Assembly: GCA_963806225.1 (NCBI GenBank)
Contig: CAWDXG010000004.1
Location: 2,624,001 to 2,688,000 of the forward strand
Length of the DNA stretch: 64,000 nucleotides
Source: an uncultured delta proteobacterium
GTDB lineage: Bacteria > Myxococcota_A > Polyangia > Polyangiales > Polyangiaceae
Direction: 5' to 3'
A program made the translations under genes and the position numbers. Below the pieces are notes generated by a model. That model saw only the letters and a list, made by a program, of their open reading frames with translations. It was not told the origin of the DNA and did not search any database. Positions 39,462-49,158 of the stretch are shown here, in pieces. Each line of letters opens with the position of its first letter. The first letter of the stretch is position 1.

Positions 39462-41153
39462 ATGCTCGAGCTCGATGTCGTGAGCCTGCTGTTTGCCGTG
39501 TCCGCGGGGTATCTCGGATGGCGGCTGCTGTCGCTGTGCGCGCGCGTCTCCAGGGCGCGGCGGGCCTATCCGCGGGAGCTGCCCGACCTGGCGCGGGAGG
39601 TCGACGAAGAGCGCGACCGCGCTCGCGCGACGCTGCTGGGCTCGGCCGTAGGCGACGCGCTGGGCTTGCCGTTCGAGAACCTGCCGCGCCAGCTGTCGCG
39701 GCGGCGCTTCGGCGACGGGCTCCGCTTCCATCGCGGCGTCGTGCGCTTCATGCGGCGGCCTGGCGACGTGTCGGACGACACGCAGCTCACCATCGCCGTG
39801 GCGCGCAGCATCGATCCGCGCGGCGAGTACCTGCCCGGGCGCTTCTCGGACGAGCTCGCGCAGTGGTGGAGCTACCGCGTCGCCGCGGGCCGCACCACGA
39901 CCCGTGCCGCGCGCCGCCTGCTCGACGGCAGGCACGAGACCGCAAGCTTCAGCCACGGCAACGGCGCTGCCGTGCGCGTGGCGCCACTGGCGCTCGCGCA
40001 TCGCCCGGATCTGGACGAACAGGAGCTGCTCGAGGATGTTGCCCTCAACACGGCCGTCACCCACCAGGGCCACGCCGCCGAATCCGCTGCGCGGTTGGTG
40101 GCGCTGCTGGTGTGGCGCGCAGTGCGCGAGCCGGCCGGCGCAGTCGCCGACCCCGCCGTCGTCGCGCGCTGGATCGAGGCTTTGGCGCATCGCAGCGGCT
40201 TCCCGCTCGATCGCTATCGCGCGGCGCAGAAGCTGGACGCAAGCCTCGAAGAACAGCTCGTCCAGTGCGGGACCTCCGGGCACGCGCTGGTGAGCACCAG
40301 CGCTGTCCTGGTCGCACTGGCCGGCTGCCGCGGCGATTTCGCGCGCGCCATGTCGGCCGTGCTCCGCGCGGGCGGCGACACCGACAGCATCGCCGCCATG
40401 CTCGGAGCGATCCTGGGCGCGAGCCTCGGCACGCGCGCGATTCCGCGCGACCTCGCCGAGCGCGTCCAGCACCGCGCCACATTGATCCATCTCGCCGATC
40501 GCCTGGCTGAGCGCCGTCCGGAGCGGCCCGCACACGTCTCCGGACGCGTGATCGAGATCGACGACGACATCTCGCAGCGCCACGTCGACGCCATCGTCAA
40601 CGCCTGGAACCAGAACTTCATCCCGGCGTGGCTGCTTCTGCCCAGGGGCGTAAGCCGCGCCATCCGCCTTGCCGGCGGGCGACGCGCCCTCGGCGAGGTC
40701 TCGAGGCGCGGCCCGCTGCCGCTCGGGGCCGCAGTCGAGACCACCGCCGGCGAGCTCCGCGCGCGCTGGGTGCTGCACGCCGCGGGACTGGATCTGTCGT
40801 GGCGGGCCTCGCCGGATTCGGTGCGCGCCGCGACGCGCAGCGCGCTCGCGCTGGCCCGCTGGCTCGGCGCGCGCAGCGTCGCGCTGCCGCTCATCGGCGC
40901 GGGCACCGGCGGCCTCCGGCCCGCGCTGGTGCGCCGCATCATGCTCGAGGAGCTGGAGCTCGGCCGCGATCACTTCGATCGACTGGAGCTGGTGTGCCCG
41001 CTCAATCCCGCTCCGGAGCGCATCGCGCGGGAGATCCGCATTTCGCGTGCGGTGACGCGCGAGCCGGTCCTTCCTCCGCCCTATCCCCCGGCTTCCGCAG
41101 AGCGTCCTTCCCACGCGCCCACGCGCTCGCCGGCGCGGGCATCGCTCTGGTAG
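39462..41153 (+). CDS. Membrane-anchored ADP-ribosylglycohydrolase + macrodomain fusion
   Basis: N-terminal TM; GDALG, SDDTQ, GNGA, TH, GGDTDS (DraG/ARH); DIS..VDAIVNAWN..GVSRAI..G..VLHAAG..ALPLIGAGTGG (macro). Confidence 0.88.
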   Translation: MLELDVVSLLFAVSAGYLGWRLLSLCARVSRARRAYPRELPDLAREVDEERDRARATLLGSAVGDALGLPFENLPRQLSRRRFGDGLRFHRGVVRFMRRPGDVSDDTQLTIAVARSIDPRGEYLPGRFSDELAQWWSYRVAAGRTTTRAARRLLDGRHETASFSHGNGAAVRVAPLALAHRPDLDEQELLEDVALNTAVTHQGHAAESAARLVALLVWRAVREPAGAVADPAVVARWIEALAHRSGFPLDRYRAAQKLDASLEEQLVQCGTSGHALVSTSAVLVALAGCRGDFARAMSAVLRAGGDTDSIAAMLGAILGASLGTRAIPRDLAERVQHRATLIHLADRLAERRPERPAHVSGRVIEIDDDISQRHVDAIVNAWNQNFIPAWLLLPRGVSRAIRLAGGRRALGEVSRRGPLPLGAAVETTAGELRARWVLHAAGLDLSWRASPDSVRAATRSALALARWLGARSVALPLIGAGTGGLRPALVRRIMLEELELGRDHFDRLELVCPLNPAPERIAREIRISRAVTREPVLPPPYPPASAERPSHAPTRSPARASLW

Positions 41154-41154
41154 C

Positions 41155-42087
41155 TCAAGAAGCCGCTCGCCGCGACCCGCGGCGAGCGGGTCCGGTGCCC
41201 TTCCCCAGTGCTTCGTCGAGCGCGTCGAGCACCGCGCGGACCTTCGGCGTGCGTTGGCGTCGCGGCGCGCACAGCGCGTGGATCGGCGGGCCATCCACTG
41301 CATGGTCGGCGAGCACCTCGACCAGGTCACCATCCCGCACCGACACGTCGATCATGAAATCCAGCACCTGGCAGACGCCCATGCCGGCCGCCGCGGCGGC
41401 GAGCAGCGAGCCCGCATGGTCGACCTCCAGCGTGCCGCGCGGCTGCAAGGGCGCCGGCAACGCGTGGCGCGAAGCACGAAACCACCAGCTCTGCGCCGTG
41501 CCGCGCGGAGTCACGAACGCGAGGCAGTTGTGCGACGCGAGATCCTCGGGACGCCAGGGTGTACCCGATCGCGCAAGGTACGCCGGCGCCGCCAGCGTGA
41601 CCCAGCGTGGAGTGCGGAGCGAGCGCGCCACCAGGCTCGAGTCGGGCAACTCGCCCATGCGCACCGCCACGTCCACCCGCTCCTCGACCAGACGCACCAC
41701 GCGATCGCTGACGGAGAGGCGGAACGAGAGCCGCGGATGGCGCGCACCGAGCCGCGCCACCGCCGGCACGACGAGTTGCGCGAGCACCGGGGGAAACGCG
41801 ATGCTCACCTCGCCCTGGGCCACCTTCTGCGACTGCGTCACGAGGTCCCGCGCGGCCTGCACGGCATCGAGCGCCTCGCGACAGCGCGCGAGGAACAGCT
41901 CGCCCTCGGGCGTGAGCGACACGCTGCGCGAGGTGCGCAGCATGAGCGTCGCTCCGAGCTCGCTCTCGAGCCGGGACACTGTCTTGCTCGTGGCCGCCGC
42001 GCTGACCCCGAGCTCCGCGGCCGCACGGTGGAAGCTCCGGGCCTCGGCGACCTGGATGAAGACAGACATGGCGCGGAAGAAGTCCAT
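41155..42087 (-). CDS. LysR family transcriptional regulator
   Basis: SFHRAAAELGVS..SKTVSRLE..LG..L..RTSRSVSLTPEG; VDVAVRMG. Confidence 0.95.
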   Translation of the reverse strand: MDFFRAMSVFIQVAEARSFHRAAAELGVSAAATSKTVSRLESELGATLMLRTSRSVSLTPEGELFLARCREALDAVQAARDLVTQSQKVAQGEVSIAFPPVLAQLVVPAVARLGARHPRLSFRLSVSDRVVRLVEERVDVAVRMGELPDSSLVARSLRTPRWVTLAAPAYLARSGTPWRPEDLASHNCLAFVTPRGTAQSWWFRASRHALPAPLQPRGTLEVDHAGSLLAAAAAGMGVCQVLDFMIDVSVRDGDLVEVLADHAVDGPPIHALCAPRRQRTPKVRAVLDALDEALGKGTGPARRGSRRAAS

Positions 42088-42088
42088 C

Positions 42089-42141
42089 GTTAACTTCTGG
42101 TTAACAATAACCTAACCTGATCATCTATTGTCAACCCAGAA
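42089..42141. promoter_or_regulatory. LysR-type operator region of divergent promoter
   Basis: GTTAAC-TTCTG-GTTAAC (contains T-N11-A) at 42089-42105; TTCTGGTTAACAATA is nearly mirrored by TATTGTCAACCCAGAA at 42126-42141; AT-rich island. Confidence 0.65.
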
Positions 42142-42187
42142 TCGTGAATGCAGATTTCTCGTGTCACCCCAAAGGAGGATACGGAGC

Positions 42188-42838
42188 ATGAAGATCGGAG
42201 TTCTCGGTACTGGAATGGTGGGCAAGACCATCGCCAGCAAGCTGGTCGAGCTGGGGCACGAGGTGAAGCTGGGCTCGCGCAGCGCGACGCATGAAGGCGC
42301 TGCGGCGTGGACCAAGGAAGCGGGCGAAAAGGCGTCGAACGGCACCTTCGCCGACGCCGCGGGCTTCGGCGAGCTGGTGTTCAACTGCACCAACGGCGCC
42401 GGTGCCCTCGACGCCCTACGCGCCGCCGGCGCGAAGAACCTCGACGGCAAGATCCTGGTCGACGTGTCCAACCCCCTCGATTTCTCGAAGGGCATGCCGC
42501 CCTCGCTGTTCGCGGGCAACACCGACTCGCTCGGCGAGAACATCCAGAAGGAGTTTCCGGGCGCCAAGGTCGTCAAGACGCTGAACACGATCAACGCGAA
42601 CGTGATGGTCGACCCGGCCCGCGTCGCGGGCGGCGACCACGACGTGTTCATGAGCGGCAACGATGCCGAAGCCAAGGCCACGGTGCAGCGCCTCCTCATG
42701 GAACAGTTCGGCTGGAAGCACGTCATCGATCTCGGCGACATCACGACGGCGCGGGGTACCGAGTCGTACCTACCGCTCTGGCTCCGGCTCTGGGGCGCGC
42801 TCGGCAACGCGGACTTCAACGTGAAGGTCATGCGCTAG
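42188..42838 (+). CDS. NADPH-dependent F420 reductase-like (NADP oxidoreductase) family protein
   Basis: [32 protein letters not shown]. Confidence 0.88.
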   Translation: MKIGVLGTGMVGKTIASKLVELGHEVKLGSRSATHEGAAAWTKEAGEKASNGTFADAAGFGELVFNCTNGAGALDALRAAGAKNLDGKILVDVSNPLDFSKGMPPSLFAGNTDSLGENIQKEFPGAKVVKTLNTINANVMVDPARVAGGDHDVFMSGNDAEAKATVQRLLMEQFGWKHVIDLGDITTARGTESYLPLWLRLWGALGNADFNVKVMR

Positions 42839-42880
42839 CGCCTCGCCTCCGGCATCGAGCGGGCCTATGCTCCAGGCGCC

Positions 42881-44728
42881 GTGCCCGCCCGCACTTCCTT
42901 TCCACGCGTCGTCGCACTCGTCGCTCTGGGCGGCGCTCTCGTCGCGGCACTCTCCTGCGGGCGACAGCGCGGCGCGCGGAGCGCCGGCCCCGACGAGGCG
43001 GCCGACCGCGTCACGGAGAACGTGCTTCGGCGCGACTACGCGGGCTCGCAGACATGCAAGCCATGCCACGAGAAGATCTACAAGCAGTGGACTGACTCGC
43101 CGATGCATCGCATGACGCGATTGATCGACAAGACGACGATCCACGCGCCCTTCGACGGCCAGGTGTTCCGCTTCATGGGCGACACGGCGCGCATGGAGAC
43201 GCACCACGGGGCCCGCTACGTCGTGCTCGACTCGAAGCACTCCGGCCACCGCATCTACCGCGTCACCAAGGTCATCGGCGGGCGCTACCGCGAGGACTTC
43301 GTGGGCATCGAGGTGGCGGGCACCGGGAAGTACAGCGGCGAGGTGCAGAGCGACGAGCGCGTCATGCCCGTGTCGTGGCTCGTCTTCGATCACGCCTGGC
43401 GCTACAAGGGCTACAGTGTGATGACGCCGGAGCGCCACGGCCTGCGCCCCGGCAGCGTGTGGCGCAAGACGTGCATCTTCTGCCACAACACCGAGCCGTA
43501 TCTCGACTCCACGCTCGACGAGCTGTACGGCCCGCACTCGCCCGGCTACCAGGGCTCGGCCAGCATCGCACTGCCCCGGAACAAACGCTTCCGCTTCGAG
43601 ATCACGGACGAAGAAGGCTTGCGCGACAGGCTGTCCGACGAGCTCCACTTCCTGGGCGCGCCGCGCTACCGCGGCAGTGACAAGCCGCAGGCCTGGCTCG
43701 CCGCCACCATGGCCCAGATCCGCCGGCACTTCGGTACGAAGCAACTGCTCGAAGTGGGCATCGGCTGCGAGGACTGCCACGGCGGCTCGAAGCAACACGC
43801 CGACGATCCGCTGCACGTGAAGCCCAGCTTCGCCGTGAGGAGCGACTTCATGCGCGTGGACACGCCCGACGGCAGGGCGCCGGATCACGCCCAGAACATC
43901 AACCGCGCCTGCCAGCGCTGCCACACGGTGCTGTTCTCGCGCTATCCGTACACGTGGGAAGGCGGGCATCGCTACGGGCATCCAGGCGGCAGCGGCATCA
44001 CTTCCGGCGAAGCCCGCGACTTCCTGCTCGGCGGCTGCTCGACCCGGATGAGCTGCGCGAGCTGCCACGACCCGCACACGCGCGACCCGAAATCGAAGCT
44101 CGACGCGCTGGCGGGCCCCGCGGGGACGCGCCTGTGCACCAGCTGCCACGACAATCTGCGCGGAGCCGCCGCCATCACCGCGCACACACACCATCCCATC
44201 GAAAGCGCCGGCAGCCAGTGCATCAACTGCCACATGCCAAAGAAGAACATGGCGCTCGACTACGAGCTCACGCGCTACCACCGCATCGGCTCGCCGACGG
44301 ATCGCGACCGCGTCGAGCGCGACCGTCCGCTGGAGTGCGCCCTGTGCCACTCGGACAAGAGCGTGGCGAGCCTGGTTTCCACGATGGAGCGCTGGTGGCA
44401 CAAGCGTTACAGCCGCGCCGCGCTGCACCGCCTGTACGGCCCGGACCTCGGCGAAAACGCGATCCTGGCCACACTGCAGTTCGGCAAACCGCACGAACAG
44501 GCGTCCGCGCTGGGCGTCGCGGGCCGCGACCATCTGCGCGCCGCGCTGCCGCTCATGGTGGACCAGCTCGACAACCGCTACCCGCTTTTGCGCTACTTCG
44601 CGCGTGCCTCGGTACAGCGGCTGACCGGCGAGCCACTGCCGCTCGACATGAGCGCCCCCGGACGCACACTGCTCGCCCAGGGGCGCGCCTGGCTGCGCGC
44701 ACACGATCGCGCATCCGCACAGCGCTGA
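42881..44728 (+). CDS. Octaheme c-type cytochrome lipoprotein with C-terminal HEAT-like helices
   Basis: Lipobox ALSC; eight CxxCH motifs: CKPCH, CIFCH, CEDCH, CQRCH, CASCH, CTSCH, CINCH, CALCH. Confidence 0.88.
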   Translation: MPARTSFPRVVALVALGGALVAALSCGRQRGARSAGPDEAADRVTENVLRRDYAGSQTCKPCHEKIYKQWTDSPMHRMTRLIDKTTIHAPFDGQVFRFMGDTARMETHHGARYVVLDSKHSGHRIYRVTKVIGGRYREDFVGIEVAGTGKYSGEVQSDERVMPVSWLVFDHAWRYKGYSVMTPERHGLRPGSVWRKTCIFCHNTEPYLDSTLDELYGPHSPGYQGSASIALPRNKRFRFEITDEEGLRDRLSDELHFLGAPRYRGSDKPQAWLAATMAQIRRHFGTKQLLEVGIGCEDCHGGSKQHADDPLHVKPSFAVRSDFMRVDTPDGRAPDHAQNINRACQRCHTVLFSRYPYTWEGGHRYGHPGGSGITSGEARDFLLGGCSTRMSCASCHDPHTRDPKSKLDALAGPAGTRLCTSCHDNLRGAAAITAHTHHPIESAGSQCINCHMPKKNMALDYELTRYHRIGSPTDRDRVERDRPLECALCHSDKSVASLVSTMERWWHKRYSRAALHRLYGPDLGENAILATLQFGKPHEQASALGVAGRDHLRAALPLMVDQLDNRYPLLRYFARASVQRLTGEPLPLDMSAPGRTLLAQGRAWLRAHDRASAQR

Positions 44729-44743
44729 ACCGCCAGCTGGAGC

Positions 44744-45982
44744 TCAGTAGCGTTCGGTGAAGCTCGATTCGTGAGCGGTGTAGCCGAAGTTGACCAGATA
44801 GAACGTGGCACCCATGGTCTGGCGCACGGCGAGGCCGAAGCTCGGGCCGTTGCGCTTCTGCGAGTAGTTGCCGCCATGGCGCGTCCCGAGAGCGAAGGTG
44901 AGCGCCGCTGAAGCCTCGTCGCCGAATGGGGCGGCGGGCGCGCCGTGCTCCCGCGACCTGGCCGCGAGCACCCAGCCGTCGCGCACCCGTGCGGTAGCTC
45001 CCATCCACTTGAACAGGTCGAGCGAGAGGTAGGCCTCGATGGGAAAGCTCACGCCGAACGGAATGGTGCTCGTGATGCCGTCGATGCCGGGGCCGCTGCC
45101 GACGCCGAGCGCGACGCGCCGGCCGATAGGCACCGCGCCGCCGAGGATCGACTGCAGCCCGTAGACGAACCCGCCACTGCCGCCGAGCGACAGGTCGAAC
45201 CCGCCGTAGAGCGCGACCGGATCCGGATCGCCTACGATGCGCACCGTGACGCCCAACGCGCCCAGCGCCCGGGCGCCGCCGAGCTTGTCCTGGTCCGGTG
45301 TGTAGCCGCCCTGGAGGAAGATCGCCCCGTCGTCGATCCCGCTCAGGCGGTAGCTCTTCTTCTTCGGGGCGGACGTGTCGAGCAGCTTCGGAAGCCCGAG
45401 CTTTGCGAGCCACGGGAACGGAAGCCGCGGCCGGGGCACGGGCCGGATCGTCGGCGTGACGAGCAGGATCCGGGCGCGGGTCCGCCCGGCGCGCTCGCGC
45501 AGATTCTCGATCTCGCTCCGGGCGTCGGCCTCGGCGTCCTCGGCGCGTTCCATCGCGCGCTCCAGCATCAGGTGATCGGGCACGCCGTGGGCGACACCCT
45601 GCACCCCGGAAAGGCGCTCCCGCTGCTCGCGCGCGGCGCGGAGCTTCGCTTCGGCAGCCGCGATCCGGTCCGTCAGATCGGTCGTCCGGACGCTCACGTC
45701 CTGCTCGTCGCCGAGCGAGCCCAGGCGCTGCAAGAGTTCCTGGTAGCGCCCGGACGGAACCTCCACCGTCACGACCCTGCCGAGCCCCTGCACCAGGCGC
45801 CCACCGAGGTCGTCCGCAGCGTTCTTGATGCGATCGAGCGCGCCCGCGCGGCTCGTGACAATCAGCGCGAGGTTTGCCTCGCGCGCCAGCGCCGGAGCCC
45901 TCGGCGCCGCGACAGCGCGCGGAGTGGCACGCGCAGCGGGCGTCAGCGCGAGGAGCAGAGCAAGCGTGCGGAACCGCGCCAT
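44744..45982 (-). CDS. DUF4349-like coiled-coil protein with C-terminal beta-barrel-like region
   Basis: Signal peptide; VEVPS..L..LG..V.TTDLTD coiled-coil segment; Gly/aromatic-rich strands at the C-terminus. Confidence 0.65.
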   Translation of the reverse strand: MARFRTLALLLALTPAARATPRAVAAPRAPALAREANLALIVTSRAGALDRIKNAADDLGGRLVQGLGRVVTVEVPSGRYQELLQRLGSLGDEQDVSVRTTDLTDRIAAAEAKLRAAREQRERLSGVQGVAHGVPDHLMLERAMERAEDAEADARSEIENLRERAGRTRARILLVTPTIRPVPRPRLPFPWLAKLGLPKLLDTSAPKKKSYRLSGIDDGAIFLQGGYTPDQDKLGGARALGALGVTVRIVGDPDPVALYGGFDLSLGGSGGFVYGLQSILGGAVPIGRRVALGVGSGPGIDGITSTIPFGVSFPIEAYLSLDLFKWMGATARVRDGWVLAARSREHGAPAAPFGDEASAALTFALGTRHGGNYSQKRNGPSFGLAVRQTMGATFYLVNFGYTAHESSFTERY

Positions 45983-46136
45983 CACCGAGCCGGTTTTCAC
46001 CGTAGGCGGCCGGTCGCGGGCGGTCAAATGCCGCACCGCGCCAAACGGGCACAAGTTGATGCCCGTCAAGACCCGGGGCATGCTTCTAGAGCCGGCGCGT
46101 CGGGTGACGTGCGCCGTCAAGCCCGGGAGTCGATGC

Positions 46137-47441
46137 ATGCGTCCGAGTCTTCTTGCTTTTTCCGCTCTGCCCCTGGCGCTGACCCTGCTGGGCTGCAGCG
46201 GCAAGACCGTGGAAAGCGGCAGCCACAAGACGCAGGCCAGCGGGACGCTCCCCTGCGACGTCGAGCAGGTGCTCACGAACAACTGCCGCAAGTGCCACAC
46301 CGACCCGCCGTCGTACGGCTCGCCGATGTCGCTGATGACGTATGCGGATCTGATGGCGCCGTCGTACAGCGATCCTTCCGTGCCGATCTACAAGATGATC
46401 GAGAAGCGCATCCACGGCGATCCGACCCGGATGCCGCCGAACCCGAACCCGCCCCTGTCCGATCCCGACACCAAGCTGCTCGACGACTGGATCGCCGCGG
46501 GCGCCCCGCCCGCCGCGGCGGGTGACAGCTGCAGCACGGACGGAGGCGCTCCGGCCGACGGCGGCATCATTACGAACCCGCTGTCGTGCACTCCGGACGT
46601 GCACGTCGCGCCGCCGACTCCCTGGGAGATGCCTGCGGACCTGGACGGCGCCTACGTCTGCTACGGCTTCGACGTACCGCTGAAGTCCGAGCGCGATGTC
46701 ATCGCCATCGCCCCGCGCGTCGACAACAAGACGATCCTGCACCACATGCTGCTCTTCCAGACGGACACGTCCTATGGCAGCACGCCGAAGCGCTGCGACA
46801 ACGACATGGGGATGAACTGGCACCTCATCTACGGCTGGGCACCGGGCGCCAGCACGCTGGTGCTACCCGACAACGTCGGCATCCCGGAAACGGGCACCGC
46901 CCACTTCATCGCGCAGATCCACTACGACAACAGCCAGCTCTTGAGCGGCCAGAAGGACACGAGCGGGTTCGACCTGTGCACGACCGGCACGCCCCGGCCG
47001 AACAAGGCCGGGGTCATCGCGTTCGGCACCATGAACTTCACGGTGCCGGCTCACGGCTCGCTCGACATCAGCTGCAAGTTCCCGGTACCGGCCGGGACGC
47101 CGACGATGCACGCGGTCGCCGCGCTGCCGCACATGCACGAGATCGGCAAGCTGATCGAGACGACCCAGCAAGTCGGCGGCCAGGGGGCGTCTCTTCCCAT
47201 GGGCAAGAAGGACCCGTGGAATTTCGAGGAACAGAGCTGGGTACCCATCGAAAACACGGTCAGCGCCGGGGACGTGATCACGACGCGCTGCGCCTGGGAC
47301 AACCCGACCAACCAGGACGTGAGCTTCGGCCTCTACACGCAGGACGAGATGTGCTTCTCGTTCACGATGTTCTATCCATGGGACCCGAACATCTCGTGGC
47401 TGTATCCGTCGTACGCCTCGCAGTGCAGCCCAACGAAGTAG
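46137..47441 (+). CDS. Lipoprotein: mono-heme cytochrome c + copper type II (PHM/DBH-like) monooxygenase
   Basis: Lipobox LLGC; CRKCH..RMPP; CuH ligands ILHHM and QIHY; CuM ligands PHMH and DEMC. Confidence 0.88.
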   Translation: MRPSLLAFSALPLALTLLGCSGKTVESGSHKTQASGTLPCDVEQVLTNNCRKCHTDPPSYGSPMSLMTYADLMAPSYSDPSVPIYKMIEKRIHGDPTRMPPNPNPPLSDPDTKLLDDWIAAGAPPAAAGDSCSTDGGAPADGGIITNPLSCTPDVHVAPPTPWEMPADLDGAYVCYGFDVPLKSERDVIAIAPRVDNKTILHHMLLFQTDTSYGSTPKRCDNDMGMNWHLIYGWAPGASTLVLPDNVGIPETGTAHFIAQIHYDNSQLLSGQKDTSGFDLCTTGTPRPNKAGVIAFGTMNFTVPAHGSLDISCKFPVPAGTPTMHAVAALPHMHEIGKLIETTQQVGGQGASLPMGKKDPWNFEEQSWVPIENTVSAGDVITTRCAWDNPTNQDVSFGLYTQDEMCFSFTMFYPWDPNISWLYPSYASQCSPTK

Positions 47442-47527
47442 CGCGCGGGACACACCGAATCCGCTGATTCCGCGGTGAAGGGCGCCGGGCATTGCTGCCC
47501 GGCCCCAAGCCGTGATACCCGATCCTC

Positions 47528-48157
47528 GTGCTCGACCAGATCCAGGTGCAGCAGGGGGGCTTCGGCCCCGGGGGTCCTCCGCCGGGCGGTTATCCGCCAG
47601 GCCCGCCCGGAGGCTACGGTCCGCCCGGAGGTCCGCCTCCTGGTGGTGCCCCGCCGGGTCCGCCGGGAGGCTACGGTCCGCCCGGAGGTCCGCCTCCTGG
47701 TGGCGCCCCGCCAGGTGCTCCGCCGGGTGGCCTTCCGGGTCAGCAGCCCCAGCAGTTCGGTCAACCCGGACAAGCCGGCTACGGCGCGACTCCGGGCAAG
47801 CAGGGCAAGGGCTTCAAGTACGCGCTGATCGGGTGCGGCTGCCTGGCGCTGATCGTCATTGCGATCGTCCTCTTCCTGTTCGTCGGCGGCGGGCTGACCT
47901 ACCTGGGACTGTCGAGCGGCTCCAGCTCCACGTCGTCCACTTCGGCCTCGAAGTCCGGCACCAGCTCCGGTTCGAGCGGCGGTAGCGGAACATGCGCCGA
48001 CGCGGTCAAGTGCTGCAAGATGCTCTCCCAGAACGTCCCGGCAGCGGCAGCGGCCTGCGACAACCTGAAGAAACTGCCGGCTGTCGGCGACGGGTGCCAG
48101 AGGGCGCTCGATAGCTATCAGAAAGCGCTCAAGGCACAGGGCAAGACCTGCCCCTAG
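47528..48157 (+). CDS. Pro/Gly-rich single-pass membrane protein with Cys-containing C-terminal domain
   Basis: PPGGYGPPGG repeats, TM ALIGCGCLALIVIAIVLFLFV, C..CC..C..C..C tail. Confidence 0.75.
   Translation: MLDQIQVQQGGFGPGGPPPGGYPPGPPGGYGPPGGPPPGGAPPGPPGGYGPPGGPPPGGAPPGAPPGGLPGQQPQQFGQPGQAGYGATPGKQGKGFKYALIGCGCLALIVIAIVLFLFVGGGLTYLGLSSGSSSTSSTSASKSGTSSGSSGGSGTCADAVKCCKMLSQNVPAAAAACDNLKKLPAVGDGCQRALDSYQKALKAQGKTCP
47609..47703 (+). repeat. Intragenic duplication, 57-nt period
   Basis: GGAGGCTACGGTCCGCCCGGAGGTCCGCCTCCTGGTGG at 47609 and 47666. Confidence 0.85.
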
Positions 48158-48190
48158 GCCGAAGCGCAGTCCGGACCCCGGGCCCTGCGC

Positions 48191-48475
48191 TCAACGCGCG
48201 ATCAGCCCGGCGAGCGCGCCGAGCGGCGTCGTGAAGTAGAGGACGACCGCCGCAGCGACCATGAGCGCGCTGTTCGCGGCCGGGCGCAGCTTGAAGAGCT
48301 CGATCCACTCGGCCGTCAGCGACTGTTCCGGCGCGACCTCCGGCTCTGCGAACGAGGCGGCGTCCAGCGCCTGGAACAGCACTGCCTGCATGCGCTCTTC
48401 GGCACCAGGCGGCGGATCGAGCGCGCGCATCAGCTCGGCGAGCTGCTCCTCGCTGGGGTCCTGGTATTCGCTCAT
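48191..48475 (-). CDS. Small single-TM protein, putative anti-sigma factor
   Basis: 94 aa, acidic N-terminus, C-terminal TM; ATGA overlap with the sigma gene. Confidence 0.65.
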   Translation of the reverse strand: MSEYQDPSEEQLAELMRALDPPPGAEERMQAVLFQALDAASFAEPEVAPEQSLTAEWIELFKLRPAANSALMVAAAVVLYFTTPLGALAGLIAR

Positions 48476-49158
48476 GACGCGCTCCTCGTGTGTGCAGCCT
48501 CGAACGCCACCGGGCCCAGCGCGCGCTCGAGACGCGACAGGAGCCGGCGCCGCTGGCGCTCGCAGATCTTGCGGACGTTGGCCTCGCTGAGCCCACAGAT
48601 CGCGCCGACCTCGGCAGCGCTGAGCCCACCGCCGTAGCGCAGCGTCAGGCTCCAGCGATCGCGGTCGGGAAGCTCGGCGAGCAGCGACAGCAGCCGTTCC
48701 CTCAGCTGGGCCTGGTCGAGCCCGGCGCCGAGCGGGTCGCTGTCCAGTGCCTCGTCGCGCTGCGCCTCCAGCGCGTCCGGCGCCACGCTCTCGAGCCGGC
48801 CGAGCTTCGCCGCGCGCTTTCTCACCGTGTTCACCGCGATGGTCAGGAGCCACGAGATGAATCGCACCCCCGGACGGCGCGCGTAGCGCTCGAGCGCGCC
48901 GAGCGCCTTGAGGAACGTGTCCTGCACGATGTCCTCGGCGTCGGCGTCGCTCTGGACCATGGAGCGGACCACCCGATACACGCGCGCGACGTGCAAGCTG
49001 TACAGCTCGCGCGTCGCGCTGCGGTCGCCCCCGCGCGCCGCGGAGACCAGGCGTTGTACGGCCTCCTCGTCGGCGGGGTCGGTGCGGGTGGCCGACAGCG
49101 CACCCGCGAGGACTGCGAACAGGGCAAACACGTTCGCCTCAGGCCGCTCCCCGGCCAT
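48472..49158 (-). CDS. ECF sigma-70 factor
   Basis: DAEDIVQDTFLKA, FISWLLTIAVN, LAELP..R..L.LRY..GLS.AEVG..ANVR. Start may be GTG 49131. Confidence 0.9.
   Translation of the reverse strand: MAGERPEANVFALFAVLAGALSATRTDPADEEAVQRLVSAARGGDRSATRELYSLHVARVYRVVRSMVQSDADAEDIVQDTFLKALGALERYARRPGVRFISWLLTIAVNTVRKRAAKLGRLESVAPDALEAQRDEALDSDPLGAGLDQAQLRERLLSLLAELPDRDRWSLTLRYGGGLSAAEVGAICGLSEANVRKICERQRRRLLSRLERALGPVAFEAAHTRSAS

Noticed and set aside
42881..44728. NrfA/octaheme nitrite reductase or HAO assignment
   Set aside because: All eight sites are CxxCH with no CxxCK, and no partner genes are visible; function left unassigned.
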